A stretch of DNA of 58,532 bases from Pseudonocardiaceae bacterium. Its GTDB lineage: Bacteria; Actinomycetota; Actinomycetes; Mycobacteriales; Pseudonocardiaceae. A program made the position numbers and the translations under genes. Below the pieces are notes generated by a model. That model saw nothing but the letters and a program-made list of their open reading frames with translations. It was not told the origin of the DNA and searched no databases. This document shows positions 9,302 through 19,938 of the stretch, piece by piece. Within the stretch, counting starts at the first letter, position 1. Each line of letters starts with the position of its first letter. The stretch lies in NCBI GenBank assembly GCA_050700255.1, contig JBOHGX010000136.1, positions 1 through 58,532 on the forward strand. The letters run 5' to 3'.

Positions 9302-12255
9302 ACCTCGGCGGCCAGCTGGGAGCGGTTGTTGATGTCCAGTTTCTGGAACACGTGGGCGAGGTGGGTCCCGACTGTTCGGCGCGAGATGAACAGGCAGTCT
9401 CCGATCTGGCGGTTGGTCAGGCCCTCGGCCGCCAGCCGGATGACGCCAAGTTCGCTGTCGGTCAGGCTTTCCCAACCCACTGAGGGCCTCCGCGCGCGCC
9501 CCGTCCTTCGGCGCCGGATGCCCAAGCCCCGCAGCGTCGCCTCCACCCGGGCGGCTCCGCGTTGCGCACCGATCCGAAGGTAGAAGTCGAGGGCGTCCTC
9601 CAAGACCGGTACGGCTTCGGCCGCGCGCCCGGCCCGGCGCAGTGCCGCGCCGGTGTCCTCACAGGTCAGGGCAAGTTCCATGGTCTGTGGCAGCTGGCGG
9701 TAGTGCTGTACTGCGGCCAGCAACATGACTGGATCGTCGTCGACCAGGCCTTGGCAGCGCAGTGCAGCCCCGGCAGCCCCCGCCGCCTTGCTGCGCTGGG
9801 CACCGTCGGCTATCTCGTCAGCCACGGCTGCCGCTTGCCGCCGGTCGCCTGCTGCGACCGCCAAGCGGACCAGGTCGGGTCCCAAGAACCGGTAGGACAG
9901 GCAGAACCGCAGCGGAGCGGCCAGCTCCCAGGCATCCTCCAGCAGCGCCCGCGCCTGACCGGTGTCTGCGCGGGCCTCGCTGAGCAGAGCCTGGGTCCAC
10001 AGGCCCCACTCCAGGGGCCATCGGGCGCCAGCCGTCCGAACCCCACCGGCGACCGCGGTCAGCTGCCAGTCCTGGCGGACCGATGCGGCGAACTCGCCCT
10101 GAGCGTCGACCATGTGGGCTTCACCAGCGGTGAGGTTCCCCCGTTGCAGAGCAACCCAGGCGGCCACGCCGTGCAGCAGCGGAGCATGCAGGCGGATCCC
10201 GACCTCGTCGGCGAGCACCAGGCCGGCCTCCGCCTCGGCTACGGCGTCGGTCAGCTCGCCACTGACCGCTCGGTGCAAGGCCAGCATCGCGTGATGCAAC
10301 GGCAGCCACATGACGTTGCCTCGCTCCTCGCCCAGTTGCCTGCCCAGCTGAAGCGTCGCCAGGGCGTCGGCTGCGCGATCGGCATCCAGCAGCGCCAGCC
10401 CGAGGTAGAGGTGTGGGTGCAGGTGGCCGACCCGGGGATCTCGGCTGCGGGTCGCGATCTCGACGGCCCGCTGTGACAAACTGACCGCCTCGGCCACTTC
10501 GCCGCGGGCGTGGGCCGCAAGCGCCAGGGTTTCCCACGCCAGGCAGCTCGCGAAGTCGTCGTGTGGTCCCACCGCCCGGGCCCGCTGCGCCTGGGTGCAC
10601 GCACCGTGCGGGTCGCCGACGAACATCCTGATGTTGGCGGCCAGGGCCAGCGAGCCGGCCTGGTCGCGATCCGAAGCGCCGGGGACCCCGGCGACCGCCT
10701 CGAGCTCGGCGACGGCCGGTTCGAGCCAACCGAGTGCCCACAGCACTTCCCCCAGGGCCCGCCGCAGGACGACCTCGTGGACCGACCTGGGACCGCGGGC
10801 CAGCACCTCCTGAGCGACCTGTTCGGCGTCCTTGGGCCGCCCGGTCTGAAGCAGCAACGGTGCCAGCTCCGCGGCCACCGCCTCGCGGTCCGGATCGTCA
10901 GCGCTGGTCAGCACGAATGCCCGCTCGCATAGCTTGACCGCCACCGCCAGCGATCGGGGGGCGGCGTCGGAAGCTGCCTGCCGCAGCCATCTTCTCGCCT
11001 CGGGATCCGTGGCCGACGCTCCGAGGAACAGGTGGTCGGCCACCCGCCCCACGGGCGCACCGGCCGCGGTCAAGACCCTCGCCGCCTCCCGATGCAGGCC
11101 TTGGCGCAGCACTGGCGTGAGGTCGTGGTAAATCGCTTCCCGCATCAGCTCATGCCGGAAGGCCAATCCCATCGGGGACTCTGCCAGCAGGCTCGCCCGC
11201 AGGGCACTGTCGAGGTCGGGCAACAGCGCGACCGCGCTGCGGCCGGTCACCATAGACAGCTCGGCCACCGAGAACTCCCGCCCCAGCACCGCCGCCACCC
11301 TGAGGACTTCCAACGTCGCCGGCGGGAGGAAGCTCACCCGCCGCAGGATGGTCAGCGGCAAGGTGGGGGGCAGCGAGCGGTCGGTGACATCGCCGTGGTC
11401 GACCTCCAGACTTCCTTGCTCGCGCAGGGCCTTGATCAGCTCGATCACGAATAGCGGGTTCCCCGCCGCCCACGAGAGTTGTGCCGGCAGCGCGGTCCCG
11501 GGTGGCCCGCCGGCCACCGCTTCGGCCAGTGCGGTGACCGCTGAATCGTCCAGTGCGCCCAGTGCCAGCTGCGCTGCGCCGTGACTCACCAACTCCTCGA
11601 TCACCGACGCCAGTTCGGCGCGTTCAGGGAACGGCCGCAGCGTGACCAGCAGCGCCACCGGTAGGTCGGGCAGAGCTCGACCGATGGCCCGGACGGCGCG
11701 CAGGGTGGATGGATCGGCCCAGTGCAGATCCTCGAAGGCGACGACGACCGGCGCCTCGGTAGCCAGTCGCTGCAGCAGGGCCACCGATTCGTCGATGATG
11801 CGAAAACCGAGATCCGCGGCGGCAACGGCCGTCTGGGAGGTTGCCCAGGGCAATAACCGGCCCGTGTGCCCGGTGATGAGCCGACCGATCTCGGCCCGCT
11901 CCGGATCGGCCGAGTCAGCCTGCAGCCCGAAGGCCTCGATCAGCGCCCCGAGCGGCCGGTCGGAAGACAGCTCGTCGGTCGTACCCGAGAGGACCTGGAA
12001 GCCGTCTTCCTCCGCGTGGGCCAAGATCTCGGCGAGCAATCGCGTCTTGCCGATCCCGGCTTCACCGCGCATGACGGCGGCCCTGCCGGCGCTGCGGACG
12101 TCGCGGAGTACCCGCCGCAGCGTATCCAGCTCCAGGGATCGGCCAAGGAACGGGAAGGGTTCTGGCCGGCCGAGCAGTCGGGTATCCGCCGGCTGTGCGA
12201 TGAGCGGCGGTGCGATGAGCGGCTGCGTGCTGAACGGTTGGGCGCCCTCGGCCAC
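9277..12255 (-). CDS. Large ATP-binding LuxR-family regulator (LAL/MalT-like: AAA ATPase + TPR-like region + C-terminal LuxR HTH)
   Basis: 992 aa. Walker A GEAGIGKTRL, Walker B-like VVVAFEDLHWAD. C-terminal LTDSELGVIRLAAEGLTNRQIGDCLFISRRTVGTHLAHVFQKLDI. Confidence 0.9.
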   Translation of the reverse strand: MAEGAQPFSTQPLIAPPLIAQPADTRLLGRPEPFPFLGRSLELDTLRRVLRDVRSAGRAAVMRGEAGIGKTRLLAEILAHAEEDGFQVLSGTTDELSSDRPLGALIEAFGLQADSADPERAEIGRLITGHTGRLLPWATSQTAVAAADLGFRIIDESVALLQRLATEAPVVVAFEDLHWADPSTLRAVRAIGRALPDLPVALLVTLRPFPERAELASVIEELVSHGAAQLALGALDDSAVTALAEAVAGGPPGTALPAQLSWAAGNPLFVIELIKALREQGSLEVDHGDVTDRSLPPTLPLTILRRVSFLPPATLEVLRVAAVLGREFSVAELSMVTGRSAVALLPDLDSALRASLLAESPMGLAFRHELMREAIYHDLTPVLRQGLHREAARVLTAAGAPVGRVADHLFLGASATDPEARRWLRQAASDAAPRSLAVAVKLCERAFVLTSADDPDREAVAAELAPLLLQTGRPKDAEQVAQEVLARGPRSVHEVVLRRALGEVLWALGWLEPAVAELEAVAGVPGASDRDQAGSLALAANIRMFVGDPHGACTQAQRARAVGPHDDFASCLAWETLALAAHARGEVAEAVSLSQRAVEIATRSRDPRVGHLHPHLYLGLALLDADRAADALATLQLGRQLGEERGNVMWLPLHHAMLALHRAVSGELTDAVAEAEAGLVLADEVGIRLHAPLLHGVAAWVALQRGNLTAGEAHMVDAQGEFAASVRQDWQLTAVAGGVRTAGARWPLEWGLWTQALLSEARADTGQARALLEDAWELAAPLRFCLSYRFLGPDLVRLAVAAGDRRQAAAVADEIADGAQRSKAAGAAGAALRCQGLVDDDPVMLLAAVQHYRQLPQTMELALTCEDTGAALRRAGRAAEAVPVLEDALDFYLRIGAQRGAARVEATLRGLGIRRRRTGRARRPSVGWESLTDSELGVIRLAAEGLTNRQIGDCLFISRRTVGTHLAHVFQKLDINNRSQLAAEVARRQGQR

Positions 12256-13013
12256 TCTGGGCAGGGTACGCCGCTGTGCGAGTGGTTAGGGTTTCGCATC
12301 AGGGCCCTGAGCTGGGGACCCAGCCACGGCTTGCGACCCCAGGCCATCAGCTTGCCGGTGCTGATCGCGCTCCACTGACCCTGCCGGGCGTGGATCACCA
12401 TGAGGAATGCCACCGGGTCGGCCGAGATGTGGCAGTCGACCCGGCGAGAGGACGGTTCTTCCACCCGGACTGATCCATCGTCGAAGACGAAATGGAAGCG
12501 GTCTCCTCCCCGGATGCGGACGTCGAAAGTCGCCTGGACGCCGGCCGCGTTGGCGCCGTTGACCAGTGCCCGAGGATCGAGGGCGCCAATGATGGGAACG
12601 ATAAAACGTCCCAACGCCATCGCCGCATGGGCCGGCTCGATTCGCCACTTGCGCCCTTGCGACTGGGCGTCGATACGGTCGGCCAGGACAGCCGGATCGC
12701 GCTCGGGGTCGGACTTCACGCCGAGGGTGGTGGTGTCGGCCAGGTCCCGCATGTCCCGGATCAGCGAGTCACCGGCCGCACCGGCGAGGCTGGGTACCAC
12801 CTGATGGGCGCGGGAGAGATCACATCTCGCCAGGCCGGGCACGACAACCCAGGCCTGCGAGAGATGCATGGCGACCTCACCGAGGTTCCAGTCACCCACC
12901 GCATGAGGCTTTGGATCTTGGATGGATCTCAGCAGAGCAGTCACTCGCTGCACCTCCTTGTGGAGTGCATTCTGACCCTGCTGCCAGTCGGCTATCGATT
13001 CGCTTGTGACCAC
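11940..13013 (-). pseudogene. Decayed paralogue of the DinB-like (mycothiol maleylpyruvate isomerase N-terminal) + SCP2 protein
   Basis: Collinear with the gene at 13153-14028 but lacks 48 aa (EYFGG...HGYDIAHAA) in frame. A 1-nt indel removes the ancestral stop (LRNL* becomes MRNPNHSHS...). The ORF therefore reads on about 115 codons and overlaps the LAL gene start by 316 nt. The homologous part ends near 12286. Confidence 0.55.
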
Positions 13014-13152
13014 GTCAGCCCCTTGGGGTCCGTCGCTCAACGGGTTGCGCAGCGGTAACCTTAGGAACGGATCCAGGCCTTGCACATCGGGCAGATGACG
13101 TATGCGGCCGGGTCACGTTATCCGCCGGCGTCGAATGGCGCTACGTGAGTGA

Positions 13153-14028
13153 CTAGAGGTTGCGCAGCAAGGGCCTGAACCGGGGCCCCAGCCACGGCTT
13201 GCGGCCCCAAGCCATCAGCTTACCCTTAGCGATCGCGTTCCACTGGCTCTGGCGGGCCCAGAACACCATGACGAACGCTGCGGGATCAGCCGAGATATGG
13301 CAGTCGACTGGGCCGGAGTTCACCTCTTCTTCGACTCTGAGCGACCCGTCGTCGAAAACGAAATGGAGCCGGTCGTGCCCTCGAAGGCGGACGTCATAGG
13401 TGGCCCAGAGGCCGGCTGCCTTGTCACCGTTCACGAACACCCGAGGGTTGAGCGCTTGCAGGACCGGCACGAAGAACTGCCGCACCACTATGGCCGCATG
13501 GGCCGGTTCGATCCGCCACTTGCGACCTGCTGCGTGGGCGATGTCGTAACCGTGCATGATCGTCTCGTTCAACAGGTGCCCGGTCAGGGCTGATAACGGA
13601 AGGGTGGTGTCTTCGACGAACCACGGACGGAGCTCATCGGGAGAGTGTCCTGCACATCCCCCGAAGTACTCCTGCGCCCGCTGCTCGATGCGGTCAGCGA
13701 GGACAGCCGGATCACGCTCCAAATCAGATTTCACCCCCAGCACCGTCAGGTCACCCAGTTCCCACATGTCTTGCATCAGGGAGTCGCCGGCCACATCGGC
13801 GATGCTGGGAATCACCTCATAGAGCCGCGAGAGGTCCCGTCGTGCTAGGCCGGGCACGGCGATCCAGACCTGCGTGAGATGCATGGCCACCTCACCGAGG
13901 TTCCACTGGCCCACCGCCGGAGCCCCCGGGTCTTGGATGGATCGCAGCAGGGCCGTCACCCGCGCAACCTCGTCACGAAGTGCATCCTGGCTCTGCTGCC
14001 AGTCAACCTCAGATCCGCTTGTGCCCAT
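13153..14028 (-). CDS. DinB-like / mycothiol-dependent maleylpyruvate isomerase N-terminal domain + SCP2 sterol-carrier domain protein
   Basis: WNLGEVAMHLTQ and LTGHLLNETIMHGYDIAHA (DinB-type His-containing helices). C-terminal HISADPAAFVMVFWARQSQWNAIAKGKLMAWGRKPW (SCP2-like). ATG at 14028 with SD AAGGGG; alternative GTG at 14049. Confidence 0.8.
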   Translation of the reverse strand: MGTSGSEVDWQQSQDALRDEVARVTALLRSIQDPGAPAVGQWNLGEVAMHLTQVWIAVPGLARRDLSRLYEVIPSIADVAGDSLMQDMWELGDLTVLGVKSDLERDPAVLADRIEQRAQEYFGGCAGHSPDELRPWFVEDTTLPLSALTGHLLNETIMHGYDIAHAAGRKWRIEPAHAAIVVRQFFVPVLQALNPRVFVNGDKAAGLWATYDVRLRGHDRLHFVFDDGSLRVEEEVNSGPVDCHISADPAAFVMVFWARQSQWNAIAKGKLMAWGRKPWLGPRFRPLLRNL

Positions 14029-14138
14029 GTCAGCCCCTTGGCTCGCCACTCATCGCAGGTGTGCGCAGCCGTGACTGTAGAGACGAATCTGAGCTGTACA
14101 CATCCGCTGGATGACCGACTTTCCGGCGGATCGCGAGG

Positions 14139-14528
14139 CTAGTCCATGACCTTTGCTCGGTGGCGTCCAGCAGCGGAGATCGAAGCCCTGGCACAGGCTT
14201 GCAGTGCTCGGGTGAGATCGCCATGCCGGTCGAGGAACTCATCCAGCGCCGCGATTTCCAACGGGGTGACGGCTTCAGAGTTCGAGTCGACCACCACGGC
14301 GACGTGACCGTCGATGTCGTACCTGTCGAGGGATTCGAAGATAGCGTGCAGACCGGCTGAGTCCACGAAATCGACGGCGGACAGGTCAATCACGAGATGC
14401 GGCCGCTCATCATGGACCGCTTCGATCAGCGTGTCGGACAGCACCGACGCGGTCACCAGGTCTATCCTTCCGGTCACCGTGCACACCGTCGTGTTCGGTC
14501 GGGGACAGCTCAATGTTGCTGTCACCAT
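14139..14528 (-). CDS. STAS-domain anti-sigma-factor antagonist
   Basis: TVTGRIDLVTASVLSDTLIEAV...HLVIDLSAVDFVDSAGLHAIF is the typical SpoIIAA/RsbV pattern. Start uncertain (14528, 14552 or 14624). Confidence 0.8.
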   Translation of the reverse strand: MVTATLSCPRPNTTVCTVTGRIDLVTASVLSDTLIEAVHDERPHLVIDLSAVDFVDSAGLHAIFESLDRYDIDGHVAVVVDSNSEAVTPLEIAALDEFLDRHGDLTRALQACARASISAAGRHRAKVMD

Positions 14529-14811
14529 GTGTCCACCAAGTGGCGGCGGCATGGTTTCAAGCTGCTCGCGTGTCACGGGCCGACTCCTCCCCCCGGGCGT
14601 TACAGTCGAGCTCGGACCGTACACGCTCAGCTATGTGCGTCAACCAGGGCGTCAGGAAATCCTGACATCGGCAACGACGAGCCATGGTGGTAGGGCGCGA
14701 GGATGCTATCCCGAAAGTCCTTTATGTCGTTCTCGGACGAACGCTCTTGCGCAGAGCCGTAAGCTCTACGCGCACGCCTCGGCACGCAGTGTAGGCGGAG
14801 GGGGGAGGTCG

Positions 14812-15639
14812 ATGGGTTCCGCGCTCGATATAGCGGCTTACCGTCACGGGCAGGTTGTTGTGGTGCACCCGCGGGGGTTGCTCACGATACGCACCGGGAC
14901 GGAGCTGCGCCGGGCGTTGACCAAGGAACTGACCGATCACGGCCGTGTGGTGGTCGACCTCGACGGTTTCTCTGTGGGTCGCGCGTCGTGTGTGACGATT
15001 TTTCCCGCGGTGCTGACCCAGTGTGGCGGTTGGCCGGCCGCGAAACTCGCGCTGTGCCGGCCGGAGCCGGGAATGGCTCAGGCGCTGGCGGCCCGCCGGG
15101 TGTCGGCACTGGTACCGGTGTATCACTTGCTGCTCGAGGCCCAGGCCGCGATCGACTTGCGGCCTCCGGTGGTTCGGGTACGGGTGCAGCTGCCTTTCGA
15201 CGCCGGCGCCCCGGCGACCGCTCGGCGGCTGGTCCGCGAGATGTGTCCGCTGTGGCAGGTCGACGAGCAATCGCAGGATACCGCCCAATTCGTGGTCAGT
15301 GAGTTGGTGGCCAACGCGGTCGAACACGCGTGCACCGGTGTCGGCTTGACCCTGGAGCGGGGTCCGCAAGGTTTGCGAATAGCGGTGCGGGATTCATCAC
15401 CGGTGGGATTTCCCGGACCGGTGGAGCGCTCGACCGACCCGCTGGGTCAGGTACGCGGTCGGGGACTGGAACTGGTGGATACCCTCACCACGGCATGGGG
15501 CGTCGACGTCCAGCCCGACGGCAATACCGTGTGGGCTGAGATCACCACTAAAGCCAGTGGACCAGATTCCGGCCGGCAGCTCCCACACCTCGTGCCGGAA
15601 CACCCGGGTAATGCGGAAATCTGCTGGAATGCCGTCTAG
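14812..15639 (+). CDS. STAS domain fused to RsbW-like anti-sigma serine kinase (HATPase_c_2)
   Basis: ATG at 14812 preceded by GGAGGGGGGAGG. N-terminal STAS-like VVVVHPRGLLTIRTGTELRRAL...VVVDLDGFS. C-terminal FVVSELVANAVEHA...GRGLELVDTLTTAWGV. The upstream 166 codons of the track ORF are antisense to the STAS gene and are rejected. Confidence 0.8.
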   Translation: MGSALDIAAYRHGQVVVVHPRGLLTIRTGTELRRALTKELTDHGRVVVDLDGFSVGRASCVTIFPAVLTQCGGWPAAKLALCRPEPGMAQALAARRVSALVPVYHLLLEAQAAIDLRPPVVRVRVQLPFDAGAPATARRLVREMCPLWQVDEQSQDTAQFVVSELVANAVEHACTGVGLTLERGPQGLRIAVRDSSPVGFPGPVERSTDPLGQVRGRGLELVDTLTTAWGVDVQPDGNTVWAEITTKASGPDSGRQLPHLVPEHPGNAEICWNAV

Positions 15640-15646
15640 TCCTTGA

Positions 15647-15970
15647 GTATCTTGCTACCGCCAGGGAGGCGAAACGGAGCGGACACCGGTCACTCCGTGG
15701 TCTTGGTCGTTGAACTTCGGATTCAACCAAGCTGAGATCATCGAGGGTCAACGGCGGGAACTGATCTGTGCAGGACAGACCGCCATAGACGCTGACGGTA
15801 CACCCCAGCACGAAGGTGACATGCGCAGCCATGAGGCACTTACGCACTATGAGGTTCTGCGGACGCGACTCGGCCAGACCGGCGTGAGTCCGCCGATGAC
15901 ACTTCTGGGTATAAATCGGTTCGCCTTCCGCGAGCTCATGATCGAGTTGGAGGCGACTGCGGTCGACTGA
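15647..15970 (+). pseudogene. Probable remnant of a RidA/YjgF-family gene
   Basis: ICAGQTAIDADGTPQHEGDM and the C-terminal LMIELEATAVD resemble RidA signature regions. About 35 central residues are missing and there is no ATG/GTG start (only TTG at 15710). Local GC is lower. Confidence 0.35.
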
Positions 15971-16106
15971 CTCGCACTGCTGTGCCGCTCCTGCGGTAAT
16001 TACCCCGATTGGGGATGGCCGGGTCCCGTGGATACCGTAGCCAGCCGAGGATCGACGTCCCGACCACTGACCACTGATGATCTAGACCCGCGACATACCG
16101 GAGATT

Positions 16107-16874
16107 ATGACTGCGCCGCACTCGCCCACTAGTCCAGACGACACCAGCCGCAAGATCGACCTGAACCTGACCCACGTCGCCGCAACCGCCCTGGCTGCGG
16201 TGACTGCTGCCGTGCTCGGTTCCGAGCTCGGCGCTGCCGGCACCCTCATCGGGGCCGCGGCAGCCAGTGTGATCACCACCGTAGGCACCGCCCTGTACAA
16301 GGCATCCCTGGAGCGCAGCCGGGAAAGGGTTCGGTCTCTCGCTCACCGGACTCGGCCGTTGCCGGCCTCCCAGGGGAGGTCCAGGATCGAGCGCGTCTAC
16401 CCCGAGGCGGTGAACGCCCCGCTCGGCGATGAGCAGCGCACCGACGGTATCCGCAAACCGCAGGTCGCAGACCACTCCCGACGGTTTGCCACGCTGCGGT
16501 GGGGGGCGATGGTAGCGGGGGCACTCGGCGCCTTCCTGCTGGCCATGATGGTCATCACTGGCTTCGAGTGGGCCAGTGGCGGCACCGTTGGTGGTAATGG
16601 CAACGGCACGACCATCGGACGGGTAGTCACCGACCAGCCCGGACCGCGCAAGCCGGCAACCCCGCCCGTGTCGAACAGTCCGGCAGTGCCGGCGTCCGAG
16701 GCACCCACCGAGACCACCGAGACCACCGAGGCTCCCGAGACCACCAGCACCACGACCCCGGACGATGATGCCGACGTTGAAGAGAGTCCAAGCAAGACCT
16801 CCGACAGGCCAGCACCTAGCGAGGTGACGCCGACCCCGCCCCTCATACCGGGGCTCCCCGGCTTCGAAGGCTGA
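16107..16874 (+). CDS. Hypothetical membrane protein with Thr/Pro-rich C-terminal tail
   Basis: 255-aa ORF. Two hydrophobic segments (VAATALAAVTAAVLGS.., WGAMVAGALGAFLLAMMVITGF). Low-complexity PTETTETTEAPETTSTTTP tail. Confidence 0.55.
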   Translation: MTAPHSPTSPDDTSRKIDLNLTHVAATALAAVTAAVLGSELGAAGTLIGAAAASVITTVGTALYKASLERSRERVRSLAHRTRPLPASQGRSRIERVYPEAVNAPLGDEQRTDGIRKPQVADHSRRFATLRWGAMVAGALGAFLLAMMVITGFEWASGGTVGGNGNGTTIGRVVTDQPGPRKPATPPVSNSPAVPASEAPTETTETTEAPETTSTTTPDDDADVEESPSKTSDRPAPSEVTPTPPLIPGLPGFEG

Positions 16875-17129
16875 TCTACGAGCGGAGCGGCCAATCTGTG
16901 GCGATGGACATCCACGCCGCCGGCCAGCGGTGGCGTTTCCCTTTTCGTAACTCTTCGTTTGCATTGCGCCTCGCGTGAGTGGAAATATTGCTGCAAAAGA
17001 GTGGACAGGCTAGCCTCGTCGATCGCTGTCGGTAACACTTGCCGCGAGTGGTCAACAGCAACACCAGCAGGAGGGGGTTACCGCGGAGGTAGGTACCGGT
17101 GACCGATAAGGGTCAGTCAGCCAGCGATC

Positions 17130-17345
17130 ATCGCCGAGTGATACCCGCATTCCGTGCCCTGCGTGGGAGGGTGACTTGCAGGAACCGCGGCTTGACATTG
17201 GGTGCGGAACTTTTCCACCCCCTTCCCCCGGTCCAATCCCCGCATATCCTCGACCGGCCTCTCGGCCCTAGGCGCCAGATGCCCGGCGCCAGTTTGAATA
17301 CCCGCAGACGGTTCACGACATCTCGTAACTGGAGCGCAGTCAGCA
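17130..17345 (+). ncRNA. Candidate ydaO-type (cyclic-di-AMP) riboswitch in the rpf leader
   Basis: About 590-nt ORF-free leader upstream of an rpf gene. Segments GGGAGGGUGACUUGC, CCAAUCCCCGCAUAUCCUCGACC and GAAUACCCGCAG...CUCGUAAC resemble the conserved GGGGUGAAUC and AAUCCGUCAGCUAACCUCGUAA blocks of ydaO RNAs as I remember them. No covariance model was run. Confidence 0.35.
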
Positions 17346-17445
17346 TCATCGTTCTGCGCTGAAAAAGGGCCAACGGCTCCGTAGCCGTGAACGTGGCGAG
17401 GGGATATCGGCGCAACCTACGCCCCCTTCGGCACCTTTTCGGTGA

Positions 17446-18108
<663 letters not shown>

Positions 18109-18300
18109 TCCCACAGCGCATCACCGGCCGGCCATCCCGATGGCATCTCCGCGGAGGACGGCGCCCCCGTTGATGACCGACTAACCTCGGACGAGTTCTC
18201 GGAGCCACCCCGGAGCTGAGGTCCGCCGGACGGGGTCGTCCTTGCACCGGCGTTTGGGAAAGTCGGCGTCCGGGCATGCCCGGTAGTCAGCTAGGGAGCG

Positions 18301-19278
18301 GTGGTGATGCGTGGCGGCGCGTTGAGCAGTGTCGATATCGATCAGAATGGAGGGCCATTGACGCATCAGGGCCTGCTGTACGGGTCTGAGGAGGAGTTCC
18401 TCGCGGCCACTGTTCCCTTCATTCGGGATGGCCTGGACCGCGGCGACCCGATCCGAGTCGCAACCACAAGCCGTAATACCGGCTGGCTGCAGGTGGCGCT
18501 GGGTGCCGACGCCCGCCACGTGGCGTTCTGTGATAGCAGCCAGTGGTACCGGCATCCGGTGCGGACGTTGGCGGCGCTGCACCACACCGTGCAGGCGGCT
18601 GCGCCGGGCGGGCAGCGGCTGCGGATGATCGAAGACCCGATGTGCACTGCCCGCACCAGGCGGGAGAGCAAGGAGTGGGTTCGATACGAGTCACTTGTCA
18701 ATGCCGCACTGGCGCGGGTCAACGCCGCGTTGGTGTGCACCTACGACACCCGCCTCGTGGAGTCCGATGTCGTCGCGGAGGTCGCTCGGACCCATCCGGA
18801 GCTGGTGGTCGACGGAGGTTCCTGGCCCAGCCCCAGCTACGTCGACCCGGCGGTGTTCAACGCCGAATCCGACAAGTCGCCCTTGCCGGATCCGCCCCCA
18901 TCAGCCCTGCGGTTGAAGTTTGCCGGAGTGGGCCAGCTGTCCACCTTGCGCGGGTTCGTGATCTCCTACGTCACGTGGGCTGGAGCGGCCGTACACGCCG
19001 CCGAGCAGTTTGTGCAGGCGGTCGACGAGGTTGCAACCAACGCGATCAATCACGGCGGTGGGTCAGGCCTGCTGCGGGTCTGGACCGATCCGCAGCAGAT
19101 ATCGTGCGAGGTCAGCGACACCGGTGCTGGACTGCGCGACCCCTTGGCCGGGCGCCTGCCTACCGGCTTCACCGCGCGCGGACGAGGGCTGTGGTTGGCC
19201 CGCCAGTTGTGCGATCTCGTCGAACTGCACAGCGATCCGGGCGGCACGACCGTACGGCTGCATCTGACCCTGCCTTGA
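18301..19278 (+). CDS. MEDS sensory domain + RsbW-like anti-sigma serine kinase
   Basis: HQGLLYGSEEEFLAATVPFIRDGLDRGDPIRV (MEDS). FVQAVDEVATNAINHGGG...ARGRGLWLARQLCDLVELH (HATPase_c_2). Paralogous in architecture to the gene at 6005. Confidence 0.8.
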   Translation: MVMRGGALSSVDIDQNGGPLTHQGLLYGSEEEFLAATVPFIRDGLDRGDPIRVATTSRNTGWLQVALGADARHVAFCDSSQWYRHPVRTLAALHHTVQAAAPGGQRLRMIEDPMCTARTRRESKEWVRYESLVNAALARVNAALVCTYDTRLVESDVVAEVARTHPELVVDGGSWPSPSYVDPAVFNAESDKSPLPDPPPSALRLKFAGVGQLSTLRGFVISYVTWAGAAVHAAEQFVQAVDEVATNAINHGGGSGLLRVWTDPQQISCEVSDTGAGLRDPLAGRLPTGFTARGRGLWLARQLCDLVELHSDPGGTTVRLHLTLP

Positions 19279-19343
19279 CGGCAGGGACGGGCATTGCTAC
19301 CGCCTGGCTGTCTTCGGCCGCCGGCGGGCCGCGCCTGTCAGGG

Positions 19344-19718
19344 TCAGCTCTTCAGAGCATCCGGCACGCTGTCAGCGAAGGTGAAGTGCTCCCGCAGTCC
19401 GGTGGCGTCCAGCGCCAGGTTTGCGGTCCGGGAGTTGCACACCAGCCACAGTTCACGGTCTTCTTGGGTAGCGAGGTCATTGGCCTCGAAAAGCACGGAC
19501 AGCCCGGCAGAACCCAGGAACCGCACCCCATCGAGGTGTACCACCACGACCTGGGCGACAGTCAGCTGCGCAGTCAAGAAGGTGGCCAGTTCCGGTGCGG
19601 TCAGCGCATCCACCTCGCCCATGACAGTGACGACGCGTGCATCCTGACCGTGCTCGGTGACCTCCAGGCCGATGTCGGCGGGGAAGCCACTGCTCACATT
19701 CACAGTCACACTCTGCAC
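19344..19718 (-). CDS. STAS-domain anti-sigma-factor antagonist
   Basis: VVTVMGEVDALTAPELATFL...VVVHLDGVRFLGSAGLSVLF is the SpoIIAA/RsbV-like pattern. Convergent with the MEDS-kinase gene. Confidence 0.85.
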   Translation of the reverse strand: MQSVTVNVSSGFPADIGLEVTEHGQDARVVTVMGEVDALTAPELATFLTAQLTVAQVVVVHLDGVRFLGSAGLSVLFEANDLATQEDRELWLVCNSRTANLALDATGLREHFTFADSVPDALKS

Positions 19719-19938
19719 GATATAGCCCGGATCACGGGCAGGCGTCCGGCGGCCGGGCGAGGTTGCTGATCGGTGCTATCTCGTCGGTGTGCGGCAGCCC
19801 GGGGACCAACACCGCCAGATCGTCGCGGCCCGCTGCGTGTTCGTGCTCACACCTGAGTGGCCTGGTGGACACGGTCGGATCCGGAATGCGACGTCTGTAC
19901 TGAGCCTATCGGGCATCATGTGCACCGGAGGTGGTGGC

